Shown here piece by piece: positions 29,471-38,347 of a DNA stretch of 64,000 nt. The position numbers were made by a program, and so were the translations under genes. The stretch is from Elusimicrobiota bacterium (lineage in GTDB: Bacteria; Elusimicrobiota; Elusimicrobia; UBA1565; JACRDR01). The stretch lies in contig JACQBA010000013.1 of NCBI GenBank assembly GCA_016194745.1, positions 822-64,821 of the forward strand, read 5' to 3'. Numbering within the stretch: position 1 is the first letter of the stretch; each line of letters opens with the position of its first letter. The notes beneath the pieces were generated by a model that saw only the letters and a program-made list of their open reading frames with translations, ran no database searches and was not told where the DNA came from.

Positions 29471-29932
29471 CTAGTGCGCCGACTTCTTGGCTCCCGCCGG
29501 CTTCTTGGACTTAGCCGGCTTCTTCGTCTCCGCGGGCGCCTCGTGGGCCGCCGGCGTGGCGGCCTCCTCGTGATGCGCCTCTCCCGCGGCTTGCGGCAGG
29601 ACGGACCCGACGGCCATCGGCTGCCGGTTCTTTTCCGTCTCGACGGCGTCCGTTATTGGGAGCAGGAAGAGCACAGCCATGAAGAAAACAGTCAGTCCCA
29701 GGAATCCGTAGATCAACGTCCGCTCGCCCTTCAAGTGCATGAAGAACGCTGCGACCAGCGACGCCTTCACGGTCGCGATCATCAGGCCGATCGTGATGCC
29801 AAGCATCTTCGGCAGCTCGAGGTACGACACGAGCACGGTCGCCGCCGTAAGGACGAGCAGCGCGCCGAAAATGATGAAGTACATCTTGACGTCGGGAGCG
29901 TGGTGCGCCGCGGCTTTGTTGGAGGATGTCAT
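29471..29932 (-). CDS. Cytochrome c oxidase subunit IV (prokaryotic COX4-like) with Lys/Ala-rich C-terminal tail
   Basis: 3 TM; HLKGE motif; position after ctaE. Confidence 0.6.
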   Translation of the reverse strand: MTSSNKAAAHHAPDVKMYFIIFGALLVLTAATVLVSYLELPKMLGITIGLMIATVKASLVAAFFMHLKGERTLIYGFLGLTVFFMAVLFLLPITDAVETEKNRQPMAVGSVLPQAAGEAHHEEAATPAAHEAPAETKKPAKSKKPAGAKKSAH

Positions 29933-29942
29933 TTGATCTCGC

Positions 29943-30536
29943 TCACAGGAGATACAGCGCCGGGAACAGGAAGATCCAGACGATGTCGACGAAGTGCCAA
30001 TACAATCCGCCGTACTCGACCCTGCCGACGAACAGCTCGTGGTCCCAGTTGTCCTTCGCCCAGTACGAGAGCCACGCGAAGTAGGCGATGCCGAGGATCA
30101 CGTGGAGGCCGTGCAGACCCGTCGTCGTGAAGTAGACGGCGAAGAAGATGCTCGTCGAGGGGAAGTGATGGTGCGTGAATTTGTGCCCGTACTCGAAGCT
30201 CTTGACCACGAGGAAGGCGCAAGCGAGCAGGATCGTGATCCAGAGGTAGGCGTTGAACTTCGCCTTGTCGCGCTCGCAGGCCGCGGCGTACGCCAGCACG
30301 ACGGTGACGCTCGAGGTGATGAGGATGACCGTGTTGAGCGCCGCGAGAGGCACGTTGAGCTCCTCCCAGCCGCGGGGCCACGAGGGCGCCGACATCCGAA
30401 GCACGATGTAGCTCGTGAACAAGGTCGCGAACAGCATGACTTCGGACGTGAGGAACAGCCACACGCCCAGCTTACCGTTGGGGATTCCCGTCGTCGTCTT
30501 GGACGGGCCGAGGGCCTGCGTCGCCGTCGCGCTCAT
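29943..30536 (-). CDS. ctaE: Cytochrome c oxidase subunit III
   Basis: COX3 signature …GLHGLHVILG…WHFVDIVWIFLF; start at second Met to abut ctaD stop. Confidence 0.85.
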   Translation of the reverse strand: MSATATQALGPSKTTTGIPNGKLGVWLFLTSEVMLFATLFTSYIVLRMSAPSWPRGWEELNVPLAALNTVILITSSVTVVLAYAAACERDKAKFNAYLWITILLACAFLVVKSFEYGHKFTHHHFPSTSIFFAVYFTTTGLHGLHVILGIAYFAWLSYWAKDNWDHELFVGRVEYGGLYWHFVDIVWIFLFPALYLL

Positions 30537-32263
30537 GCCTTCACCTCCGCCACGTGCTGCGGAACCCACGCCGCCTTCTTGCCGACGTTGTATTCATAGG
30601 GCCCGCGGTACACCTTCGGGGGCTTCTCGAAGTTGCCGTGCGGCGGCGGCGACGGACACGCCCATTCGAGCGTGGTCGCCTCCCACGGGTTGTCCCCCAC
30701 CTTCTCCCCGTGCCAGATGCTGCGGAAGAAGTTCCAGATGAACGGGAGCTGCGCGAGGAAGAGGAGCCAGGCGAAGACCGAGCTGACGACGTTGAGCGGC
30801 TGGGTCGTCAGGTTGTGGAGCTGCGCGGTCGGATCGTAGAGGCGGCGCTGCTGGCCGGCCAAGCCCGTGATGAACATCGGGAAGAAGATCCCGTTCATGC
30901 ATACGATCGTCGTCCAGAAGTGGAGCTTGCCCAGACCCTCGCTCATCTTCCGGCCGAACCACTTCGGGAACCAGTGGTAGACGCCGGCCATGAGGGCGAT
31001 GATGGAGCCCGTGACCACCACGTAGTGGAAGTGGCCGATCACGTAGTAGGTGTCGTGGAGGTAGATGTCGGTGACCGTGATGCCGAGCGGCAGGCCGGTC
31101 AGCCCGCCGATGCCGAACATCGGCAGGAAGGCGAGCGCGAAGAGCATCGCCGTCGTGAATCGGATCGAGCCGCCCTTCAGCGAATAGACGAGGCAGGTCA
31201 GCACCGCGACCGACGGGACCGAGATGATCATCGTCGTGACCAGGAAGAAGTTGCCCAGCGACGCGCTCATGCCGCTCAGGAACATGTGGTGCGCCCACAC
31301 GACGAAGGACATGCCCCCGATGAACATCATCGAGCCGACGAGCTCCTTGTAGCCGAAGAGAGGCTTGCGCGTGTTGTTGGCGATGATCTCCGCGCAGATG
31401 CCCATCGCCGGAAGGATCAGCACGTACACCTCGGGATGCGCGAGGAACCAGAAGAGGTGCTGCCACAGGAGCGGCTGCCCTCCGCCCGAGACCTTGAGCG
31501 CCTCGCCGTTGACCACGAGCCCCGCCGGCAGGTAGAAGCTCGTGCCCGCCACGCGGTCCATCAGCTGCAGGATCGACGCGGCCTCGAGAGGCGGGAACGC
31601 GAGGAGGAGCAGCACCGCCGTCACGAATTGCGCCCACACGAAGATGGGCATGCGCATGAGGCTCATGCCCTCGGCGCGCATGTTCAGCGTCGTCACGAGG
31701 AAGTTGATCGACCCGAGCAGGGAGGAGGTGATGATGAGTACCATCGCCAAAAGCCACACGGTCTGCCCGGGGTTGATGATCGACAGCGGAGGATACGACG
31801 TCCAGCCGGATTGCGCCGCGCCGCCGGGCATGATGAAGGAGGACAGCATCAGGAGTCCCCCCGGCAGGTAGATCCAGTACGACATCATGTTCAGCCGCGG
31901 GAACGCCATGTCCGGCGCGCCGATCTGGAGCGGCAGCACGTAGTTGCCGAACGCGGCGACGCCGAGCGGCACGACGCCGAGGAAGATCATGATCGTGCCG
32001 TGCATCGCGCCGAGCTGGTTGTAGAGCTCGGGGGTGACGACGCCCCCGGTCGAGCCCAGGATCAGGTTCCCGATGAACGGGATCGGCTGGTCGGGGTACG
32101 CCAGCTGCCAGCGCAGCACCATGATCAGGATGAACCCGAAGAGCAGGAAGAGCAGCGACGTGATCAGGTACTGGAGCCCGATGACCTTGTGGTCGACCGA
32201 GAACACGTACTTGCTGATGAAATCGTCCGGGCCGTGGCCGTGGTGGGAATCGTGATGGGTCAT
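30533..32263 (-). CDS. ctaD: Cytochrome c oxidase subunit I
   Basis: 12-TM COX1 with …WFFGHPEVY-like (WFLAHPEVYVLILPAMG) and HH heme/CuB ligands. Confidence 0.9.
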   Translation of the reverse strand: MTHHDSHHGHGPDDFISKYVFSVDHKVIGLQYLITSLLFLLFGFILIMVLRWQLAYPDQPIPFIGNLILGSTGGVVTPELYNQLGAMHGTIMIFLGVVPLGVAAFGNYVLPLQIGAPDMAFPRLNMMSYWIYLPGGLLMLSSFIMPGGAAQSGWTSYPPLSIINPGQTVWLLAMVLIITSSLLGSINFLVTTLNMRAEGMSLMRMPIFVWAQFVTAVLLLLAFPPLEAASILQLMDRVAGTSFYLPAGLVVNGEALKVSGGGQPLLWQHLFWFLAHPEVYVLILPAMGICAEIIANNTRKPLFGYKELVGSMMFIGGMSFVVWAHHMFLSGMSASLGNFFLVTTMIISVPSVAVLTCLVYSLKGGSIRFTTAMLFALAFLPMFGIGGLTGLPLGITVTDIYLHDTYYVIGHFHYVVVTGSIIALMAGVYHWFPKWFGRKMSEGLGKLHFWTTIVCMNGIFFPMFITGLAGQQRRLYDPTAQLHNLTTQPLNVVSSVFAWLLFLAQLPFIWNFFRSIWHGEKVGDNPWEATTLEWACPSPPPHGNFEKPPKVYRGPYEYNVGKKAAWVPQHVAEVKA

Positions 32264-32264
32264 A

Positions 32265-33017
32265 TTAGTAGGGTTGGGTCTGGGGGTGCTGCGCCGCCAG
32301 CCACTTCTCGTACTCCTCCGGCGTGTGCACGAAGACGTCGGCGCGCATGATGGAGTGCGCGATGCCGCAGAGCTGGGCGCAGCCGATCTCGAACTTCCCG
32401 GTGAGCGTCGGCTCGAACCACACCGGGATCTTCATGCCCGGCATGGCGTCCTGCTTGACGCGGAACTCCGGGATGAAGAGGCTGTGGATGACGTCCTTGG
32501 AGCTGAGGTAGACGACCGTCGGCTTGCCGAGCGGGATGTGCAGCTCGTTGACCGTCACGACGTCGTCCTTGCCGGCGTCGTCCGCCGCGTCGAGGCCGGC
32601 CGGGTTCTGCGCGTCGACCAAGGCGGCGTTCGAGCGGCCGAACTTGGCGTCGGCGCCCGGGTAGTGGACGGTCCACGCGAACTGCTCGGCCACGATCTCG
32701 ACGACGTTGGATTTGCCCTCGGGCGGGACCGTCATCTTGATGCGGCTCCACGCGGGGAGCGCGTAAAACAGGATCAGGCAGATCTCGATGCCGAGCACGA
32801 TCAAGTCCGGGATCATCGACTGCAGCGTGCCGGTCTCCCAATGCTCGGAGGGGACGCCGGGGCGGGCCCGGTAGCGAACGAGCAGATAGACGAAGAAGAC
32901 CGACCAGAGGATGAAGATGGCGAACATGATCCCATGGATCGCATAGATCCCGAGATCGATCTCCTTTGCGAACGTCGAGGCTTGGATGGGCAAGCCCCAG
33001 CCGTAGTTGCCGTTCAA
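32265..33017 (-). CDS. coxB: Cytochrome c oxidase subunit II (CuA; no fused cytochrome c domain)
   Basis: CuA site H…CAQLCGIAHSIM; 2 N-terminal TM. Confidence 0.85.
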   Translation of the reverse strand: MNGNYGWGLPIQASTFAKEIDLGIYAIHGIMFAIFILWSVFFVYLLVRYRARPGVPSEHWETGTLQSMIPDLIVLGIEICLILFYALPAWSRIKMTVPPEGKSNVVEIVAEQFAWTVHYPGADAKFGRSNAALVDAQNPAGLDAADDAGKDDVVTVNELHIPLGKPTVVYLSSKDVIHSLFIPEFRVKQDAMPGMKIPVWFEPTLTGKFEIGCAQLCGIAHSIMRADVFVHTPEEYEKWLAAQHPQTQPY

Positions 33018-33028
33018 GTGTGTTCTCT

Positions 33029-33754
33029 CTATTTCGGGGCGTGGAACTTCATTTCGACCTTGGCGCCTTGCGCACCGACCGTGACGTCTTGTGAGACCGT
33101 TCCGAGCTTGTCATGCCACGCTTCGAGCGTGTACTTCCCGGGCGCGAGGCCCTTGATCTCGAAGGTGCCGTCCTTGCCGCTGACGGCGTAAAACGGGTTC
33201 TCGACCACGCCGACGAAGGCCGTCATCCAGGGATGCACGTTGCACTTGAGCGTCCGCATGATGTCGGGCTTGGTGAACTTCTTCTCGATCGCCTTGACGC
33301 TGGCCGGCATCGCGGCGTTGAACTCGGGCAGCGCGTTGACGTTGTGCATCGTCGGGTCGGAGTTGCGGATCTCGACGGTCTGGCCGACCATCGCGCCGAC
33401 GACGCGGGGCATATACCAGCACCCGCGCTGATCCAGGACGACCTTCTCCGCCGGCGTCGGGAACCTCTTGCCGTCGAGGCCCGACTTGACGCGGACGAAG
33501 GTCTCGGAGAGCCCGCCGGAGGCGTCCACCACGATGGGCTCGTAGCGAAACCCTTTCGGGTGCTGCTGCCGGCACTTCGGGTCCGACGACATCGGGAGCG
33601 TCGACGCGGCGGGCGCCTGGCCCTGGAACGAGACGCGTCCCGTCAGCGCGGCGGCCGACTTGGCGGCGGGCCTGTCCGGACCGGCGGCAAGCGCTGCGCA
33701 GGGCGCTAGAGCGACAAGAAGCAGCGAAATCTGAAGCGAATATCCGTGGTGCAT
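33029..33754 (-). CDS. Secreted cupredoxin-like (type-1 Cu) protein with C-terminal CarboxypepD_reg-like beta-sandwich; candidate electron donor to the oxidase
   Basis: Signal peptide MHHGYSLQISLLLVALAPCAALAAG; candidate Cu ligands …TMHNV… and CNVHPWM; C-term GTFEIKGLAPGKYTLEAW. Confidence 0.55.
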   Translation of the reverse strand: MHHGYSLQISLLLVALAPCAALAAGPDRPAAKSAAALTGRVSFQGQAPAASTLPMSSDPKCRQQHPKGFRYEPIVVDASGGLSETFVRVKSGLDGKRFPTPAEKVVLDQRGCWYMPRVVGAMVGQTVEIRNSDPTMHNVNALPEFNAAMPASVKAIEKKFTKPDIMRTLKCNVHPWMTAFVGVVENPFYAVSGKDGTFEIKGLAPGKYTLEAWHDKLGTVSQDVTVGAQGAKVEMKFHAPK

Positions 33755-33819
33755 CCGGCGCAAGACTATCAATTTCTCCCGTGCCAATGCAACAACGGCC
33801 GTCAATTCGGGTTCACCTT

Positions 33820-33845
33820 ATATAGACGCGCCGGATATAGACGCG
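33820..33845. promoter_or_regulatory. Perfect 11-bp direct repeat ATATAGACGCG-ccgg-ATATAGACGCG upstream of the oxidase operon (candidate regulator binding site / promoter element)
   Basis: Seen directly in sequence; AT-rich island in GC-rich DNA between peptidase stop (33857) and cupredoxin start. Confidence 0.35.
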
Positions 33846-33856
33846 GCGGGCGTGAC

Positions 33857-34729
33857 TTATTCTGGAAGCTCAGGGAACTGCTGGGACAGGTCCCCGTCCG
33901 CCTTGGGAGCGACCGCGGCCGCGGGCGCGGCCTTGGGCGCCGTCCCCTTCTTGAGCCAATGGAGCCACGCGCTCTCGAACTCCCCGATCGAGCGATGGCC
34001 GTAGTTCGTGTTCAGGGCCTGATCGACGGTCGCGCCTTGGCTCAGCTCGCGGCAGAACCGGTCGAACTTCCACCGCCGCTGCCCCTCGCGGAGGAAGCGC
34101 ACCACGGAGCCGGCCTGGGCGTACCATTCGGCGCTCAACGTACTGAGCCGCGGGTCCATGAACTGCGCCATCGGGATCACCGTGCGCACGTCCCGCGGGG
34201 GCGCCTCATTGGGACGCTTGAGCTTGGTCATGATCTCCTTCTCCATCAAGACGGCGAGGCCTTCGTTGAGCCAGCGTGGAGGCTCGCGGCTCTCGGACGC
34301 CTCAAAGAAGAACGCCCGGAAGAAAAGATGCGTCAACTCGTGCGCCACCGTGGCGAACGGCACGCCCTCGTAGGTGGCGAAGATCCACTTCTTGATCTTC
34401 CCCCCCATGAACAGCGCGATGCCGCCCGACCCCCGCGGCGGCCGAAACCGCCCCTGCTCGTAGGCCGCCTTGTCCTCGTAGAGGAAGAACTCGACCTTCT
34501 CGGACTGGAAGCGGTTGCTCAGCGACCAGAACTCGTGGCGCAGCAGCCGGTGGACGTTCTCGATGTCGGAGATGAACCGCGAATGGATGCGCCGCGTCTG
34601 ATGGTGGAAGTTGTAATGCGGCGTGATGCGCGCGCCCCAGGATTCCTCCGCATGGGAATCCGCGCGCGCGCCGGACGCCGAGAGCGAGGCCGCCGCCAGA
34701 AGCGCCCCGAGGACCGGGGCCCGAGACAT
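33857..34729 (-). CDS. Secreted zinc metallopeptidase (HExxH…NEGLA, Peptidase_MA_2-like)
   Basis: Signal peptide MSRAPVLGALLAAASLSASGARA; AHELTHLFF and …WLNEGLAVLME; 1-nt stop/start overlap (TGATG) with upstream ATPase. Confidence 0.6.
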   Translation of the reverse strand: MSRAPVLGALLAAASLSASGARADSHAEESWGARITPHYNFHHQTRRIHSRFISDIENVHRLLRHEFWSLSNRFQSEKVEFFLYEDKAAYEQGRFRPPRGSGGIALFMGGKIKKWIFATYEGVPFATVAHELTHLFFRAFFFEASESREPPRWLNEGLAVLMEKEIMTKLKRPNEAPPRDVRTVIPMAQFMDPRLSTLSAEWYAQAGSVVRFLREGQRRWKFDRFCRELSQGATVDQALNTNYGHRSIGEFESAWLHWLKKGTAPKAAPAAAVAPKADGDLSQQFPELPE

Positions 34730-35919
34730 CAGCCGGCCTTGGGCGGCTTCGGCATCGACCCCGGCCAGCCGGGCGTTCCGCGCGCGTCCGTCCCGCCGCC
34801 GCCGGCATCCGCCTCCGGGGCCTTCTCGGGCTCCTCGGGCTTGGTAAGGCCTTTGACGTCGATGTCCGGCCGCGCGATGGCCTGCGGCTTCTCCTTCTGC
34901 TTGTGCGGCTCGAACTTCCGGATCTCCATCTCCTTGATGATGATCTTGCCCGACGGGTCGACGTCGAAGGAGGCGGACTTCGCCTTGTTGTCCCGGAGCT
35001 CCGCCAGCGACGGCGCGAACAGGTCGAACAGGATGCGCTCGAGCTCGCGGATGCCGAACTTGCTGATCTTCGCGTTCGCCAAGAGAGCCTGCATGAGGAT
35101 CTGCGGCGCGACGAAGTTCACCTCTAGACCGAACTCCTTCGCCAGCCTCTCGATCTTCATGATCGCGATCTCGGCGATGATCATGCCCTCGAGCGGCTTG
35201 AACTGATAGACCTTGTCGATGCGGCCCAGGATCTCGGGCCGGAAGATCTTGTTCTCCGCGAGGAGCATCTTGATCGCGTTCAAGATCTCGAGATAGTCGG
35301 TCATGCCGGCCGTCACCTTGGCCACTTCTTCGGCGATCGCGTTGCTCGTCAAGACGACGATGCATTGCGTGTAGTCGGCCGTCTTGCCGGTGCTCTGCTC
35401 GGTCAAGCGCCCGTCGCCGAGGAGCTGGAGCAGCAGGTCGAAGACCTGCGGGTGCGCCTTCTCGATCTCGTCGAACAAAATGAGGCGCTTGGGGTTGGCG
35501 AAGATGGGCCGGGTCAGCTGTCCGCCCGTCTCCGCGCCCTTGTAGCCCGAGGAGGCGCCGGTCAAGCGCGCCTTGGACATCTCGCCGCTCGCGAGTTCCG
35601 AGCAGTCGAAGCGGATCATGTCCTTCTCGTTCTCGAAGAGGAACTCGGTCAAGGCCTTCGCGAGCTCCGTCTTTCCGGTGCCGGTGGGGCCGAGGAGCAG
35701 GAGGCTGCAGATTGGCTTGGTGCGCTCCTTCTTCTTCCAGCTCAGGCGCACCAGCTTGGCGACGTCCTTGATGATCTCGTCCTGCCCGCGGATGCGGGTG
35801 TAGAGATAGTCCAAGAGCTTGGTCTCGTCGACCTCTTTGCTCTTGTCGTCCAGGGTCGACTCCTCCATCATGAACTTGAGCCGGTCCCAGTCCGTCATCT
35901 TGTGAAGTTTATCAGCCAT
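34729..35919 (-). CDS. Stand-alone ClpB-NBD2-type AAA+ ATPase (AAA_2 family), soluble
   Basis: Walker A LLLLGPTGTGKTELAKAL; pore-loop GYKGAETGG; Walker B RLILFDEIEKAH; sensor/small domain FRPEILGRIDKVYQF; perfect SD AAGGAGG 5 nt upstream. Confidence 0.75.
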   Translation of the reverse strand: MADKLHKMTDWDRLKFMMEESTLDDKSKEVDETKLLDYLYTRIRGQDEIIKDVAKLVRLSWKKKERTKPICSLLLLGPTGTGKTELAKALTEFLFENEKDMIRFDCSELASGEMSKARLTGASSGYKGAETGGQLTRPIFANPKRLILFDEIEKAHPQVFDLLLQLLGDGRLTEQSTGKTADYTQCIVVLTSNAIAEEVAKVTAGMTDYLEILNAIKMLLAENKIFRPEILGRIDKVYQFKPLEGMIIAEIAIMKIERLAKEFGLEVNFVAPQILMQALLANAKISKFGIRELERILFDLFAPSLAELRDNKAKSASFDVDPSGKIIIKEMEIRKFEPHKQKEKPQAIARPDIDVKGLTKPEEPEKAPEADAGGGGTDARGTPGWPGSMPKPPKAG

Positions 35920-35933
35920 ACCGCCTCCTTGAA

Positions 35934-37139
35934 CTATCTCGAACGGGTCTTCCGCTGGCCCTTCTTAGGCGCGTCCGTCGACGCCTTTTCCGACGCGCCG
36001 CCTTGTTCCGGTATCTTGAGACCGACGTTGTCCGATCCTCGCAGCACGACTTCCTTTCCGGTCCCCCGCTTGAAGGCGATGGGCCCCAACGACAGGTGCG
36101 AAAAGACGCTCTTGCGGATGTCGGCCGTGCTCGGCCCGGCGAACCCGACGCCGCACTGGCTGTTCTCAATGTTGACCTGCTCCAAATAGACCGCGCCCCC
36201 GTCGACGAGCAGGCCGCATCCGCGGTTGTCGGTGATGCCCGTCTTCCCGAGCCTCGCCTCCGCGCCGGAGTTGACCACGACCGCCGCCCGTGCGTTCTTG
36301 GCGAGGGTCCCGTCGGTGATGTGGACCTTGGCGAAGCGGCTCGCCTCGATCGCGCTCCCTTCCTCGCTCTGGATGTCGGTGCGCTCGAGGACCAGCTTGA
36401 CGTTCGAGCCGGCCGCGAGTATCGCCGAGGACTTGGACGCGATCTGCGTCCGGTACATGCGCGACTCCGATTTCCCCTCGACGGACAGTCCCCGCTTGAC
36501 GTCCATCATGACGTCGGTGGCGTCGAGATCGGCGTCTTGGATGCGCAGCCCGTAGCCGGGCGCCCGCACGTGCGTCTTCTGCAGCGAGATCGAGCCGCCC
36601 GTCGCGACGACGACCCAGGAGCTCTCGTCGCCCGCGTTGGAGAGAGTGATGTTCCTAAACGAGACGCGGCCCTTGAGCACCTCGATCGTCTTGGGGCCCT
36701 GAGAGGTGATCCAGACGTCCTCGGGAGAGGCGCCGCTGCCTTCGATCGTCACGGACTTGCTCAGCGTGATGGCCTCGTCGTAGATCCCGGGGCGCACCGC
36801 GATGACGTCGCCGTCCTTGGCGTTGGCGATCGCCAGCGGAAGGTTCGCGACGTCCGCGCCCTGGGCCATATTCCGATCGACGGTCCAGCGGCCGGCGATC
36901 TTCGACGAGATGATCTCGTTGACCTTCTTGGACGCGTTCTCGACGGCGGGATCGAGCTTGGTGTGGAGGAACCCGAAGGTCCAGCTGCGGCCTTTCACGA
37001 ACTTCACCTGCAGCCACTCGTGGCAGAAGAAGCCGGAGGCGCAGAGGAGCAGGATGAGCACTCGAACCCAGACGTCGTCCAGGATGTAGAGGCCCTCGGC
37101 CCGGTTGTCGAGAGACGCGGCTGAGGTTTCGTCGCTCAT
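35934..37139 (-). CDS. TM-anchored right-handed beta-helix (PbH1/pectin-lyase-fold) repeat protein
   Basis: N-terminal signal-anchor LYILDDVWVRVLILLLCASGFF; repeated …GSxIxLxxTxI…NxGxG… beta-helix turns; ATGA overlap with upstream ATPase. Confidence 0.55.
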   Translation of the reverse strand: MSDETSAASLDNRAEGLYILDDVWVRVLILLLCASGFFCHEWLQVKFVKGRSWTFGFLHTKLDPAVENASKKVNEIISSKIAGRWTVDRNMAQGADVANLPLAIANAKDGDVIAVRPGIYDEAITLSKSVTIEGSGASPEDVWITSQGPKTIEVLKGRVSFRNITLSNAGDESSWVVVATGGSISLQKTHVRAPGYGLRIQDADLDATDVMMDVKRGLSVEGKSESRMYRTQIASKSSAILAAGSNVKLVLERTDIQSEEGSAIEASRFAKVHITDGTLAKNARAAVVVNSGAEARLGKTGITDNRGCGLLVDGGAVYLEQVNIENSQCGVGFAGPSTADIRKSVFSHLSLGPIAFKRGTGKEVVLRGSDNVGLKIPEQGGASEKASTDAPKKGQRKTRSR

Positions 37140-38260
37140 TGGGTGATCGTCTCGACTTGGAACTCGCCCGACACGGTGTCGAGCCCGAGTCGGACGCTCC
37201 TCGCGCCGCCCTTGCGCGCCGCCTCGATCACCGGCGCGGAGGACTCCTGGATGAGCGAGGCGATCTGGCGCACGCCGTAGTCCTGGAACTCCCGATTGCG
37301 CCGCACGGTGTCGACCAGCATCTCGGGAGAGGTATACGTGACGTCGATTCCATACTGCTTCCAATACTTGGAGATCTGGATGCAGGCCACCTCGGCCACC
37401 GTCATCGAGTTGAGGATGTCCATCAGAAAGATGTCCTCGAAGCGGACGAGCAGCGCCTTCTCGAAGCCTTCGCGCGCCATCGCGTCGCGCGCCTTCATCG
37501 TGCGCTTCATCGGCTCCTGCGTCTCCATCCAGATCGGCCGCAGGCGCTCGACCCCCGAGTTGCACGTCGCGAAGAACACCGTCGCGCCGAAGTGGGCGGT
37601 CTTCCCCGAGCTCTTCTCCGTGCACATGCCCCGGTCCAAGATGTCGTAGAAGCAATGCTTGACGTCGGTGTGCGCCTTCTCGAATTCGTCGAGGATGATC
37701 ACTCGATAGGGATTGTCGACGATGGGGCGCGTGAGGGACCCGCCGATCTCGTAGCCCTGGAATCCCGGCGGCGGCCCGAGCAAGGTGACGACGTCCTGCG
37801 GGCTCTTGTACTGGTTCATGCGGATGATCATGACCTCGCTCTTCGGGTAGAGCGCCTTGGCGACGAGCTCTCCGATGTAGGTCTTCCCCGTCCCGGTCGG
37901 GCCGACCAGCATGAAAGCGCCGAGGCTCTTCTTGTGGGAGGCGATCGTGATGTTCTGCTGGATCTTGGAGGCGATCCGGTCGATCACGTCGTCATGCCCG
38001 CGCAGGTTCTCCTTGAGCCACGGAACGTGCTTGGTGATGTCCATCTTCTGGAGCTGCTCGAAATCGATGACCGCCTTCGAGTCCTTCCGGCGCACCCGCT
38101 CGTGGCGTATCTGCACGATGCGGATAACGAGTCCGATGACCGCAAAGCAGAAAATGACCGGCATCGAATCCGGACTTTCCTTTTGCAGGCCGTGCAGCCC
38201 GGAAATGATGATGACCGCGGCCATCAGCAAGAACATCGGGCTGTTCGTCATGTTGCTCAT
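37136..38260 (-). CDS. Membrane-anchored stand-alone ClpB-NBD2-type AAA+ ATPase (two N-terminal TM helices)
   Basis: TMs MFLLMAAVIIISGL / VIFCFAVIGLVIRIV; Walker A MLVGPTGTGKTYIGELVAKAL; pore-loop GFQGYEIGG; Walker B RVIILDEFEKAH; paralogous to 34729..35919. Confidence 0.75.
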   Translation of the reverse strand: MSNMTNSPMFLLMAAVIIISGLHGLQKESPDSMPVIFCFAVIGLVIRIVQIRHERVRRKDSKAVIDFEQLQKMDITKHVPWLKENLRGHDDVIDRIASKIQQNITIASHKKSLGAFMLVGPTGTGKTYIGELVAKALYPKSEVMIIRMNQYKSPQDVVTLLGPPPGFQGYEIGGSLTRPIVDNPYRVIILDEFEKAHTDVKHCFYDILDRGMCTEKSSGKTAHFGATVFFATCNSGVERLRPIWMETQEPMKRTMKARDAMAREGFEKALLVRFEDIFLMDILNSMTVAEVACIQISKYWKQYGIDVTYTSPEMLVDTVRRNREFQDYGVRQIASLIQESSAPVIEAARKGGARSVRLGLDTVSGEFQVETITQ

Positions 38261-38347
38261 ATTCGATATGGCAATACCGTATTAGTATGTAGGGAAAAGG
38301 TTAAATTTTCAAGACATTCTGAGGGTATAAGGAAAGCCTCGTTCTCC
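38261..38347 (-). promoter_or_regulatory. AT-rich 87-bp intergenic region with sigma70-like elements (TTGAAA-17-CATACT) upstream of the membrane AAA+ ATPase
   Basis: Only markedly AT-rich spacer in this gene run; motif positions approximate. Confidence 0.3.

Noticed and set aside
30554-32350. 598-aa + ORF and 387-aa − ORF overlapping ctaD
   Set aside because: Antisense and out-of-frame Arg/Glu-rich artefacts. The ctaD frame encodes a canonical 12-TM COX1.
33746-35206. 486-aa + ORF antisense to the peptidase and ATPase genes
   Set aside because: Antisense to two genes with clear motifs. Composition is Arg/Leu-rich.
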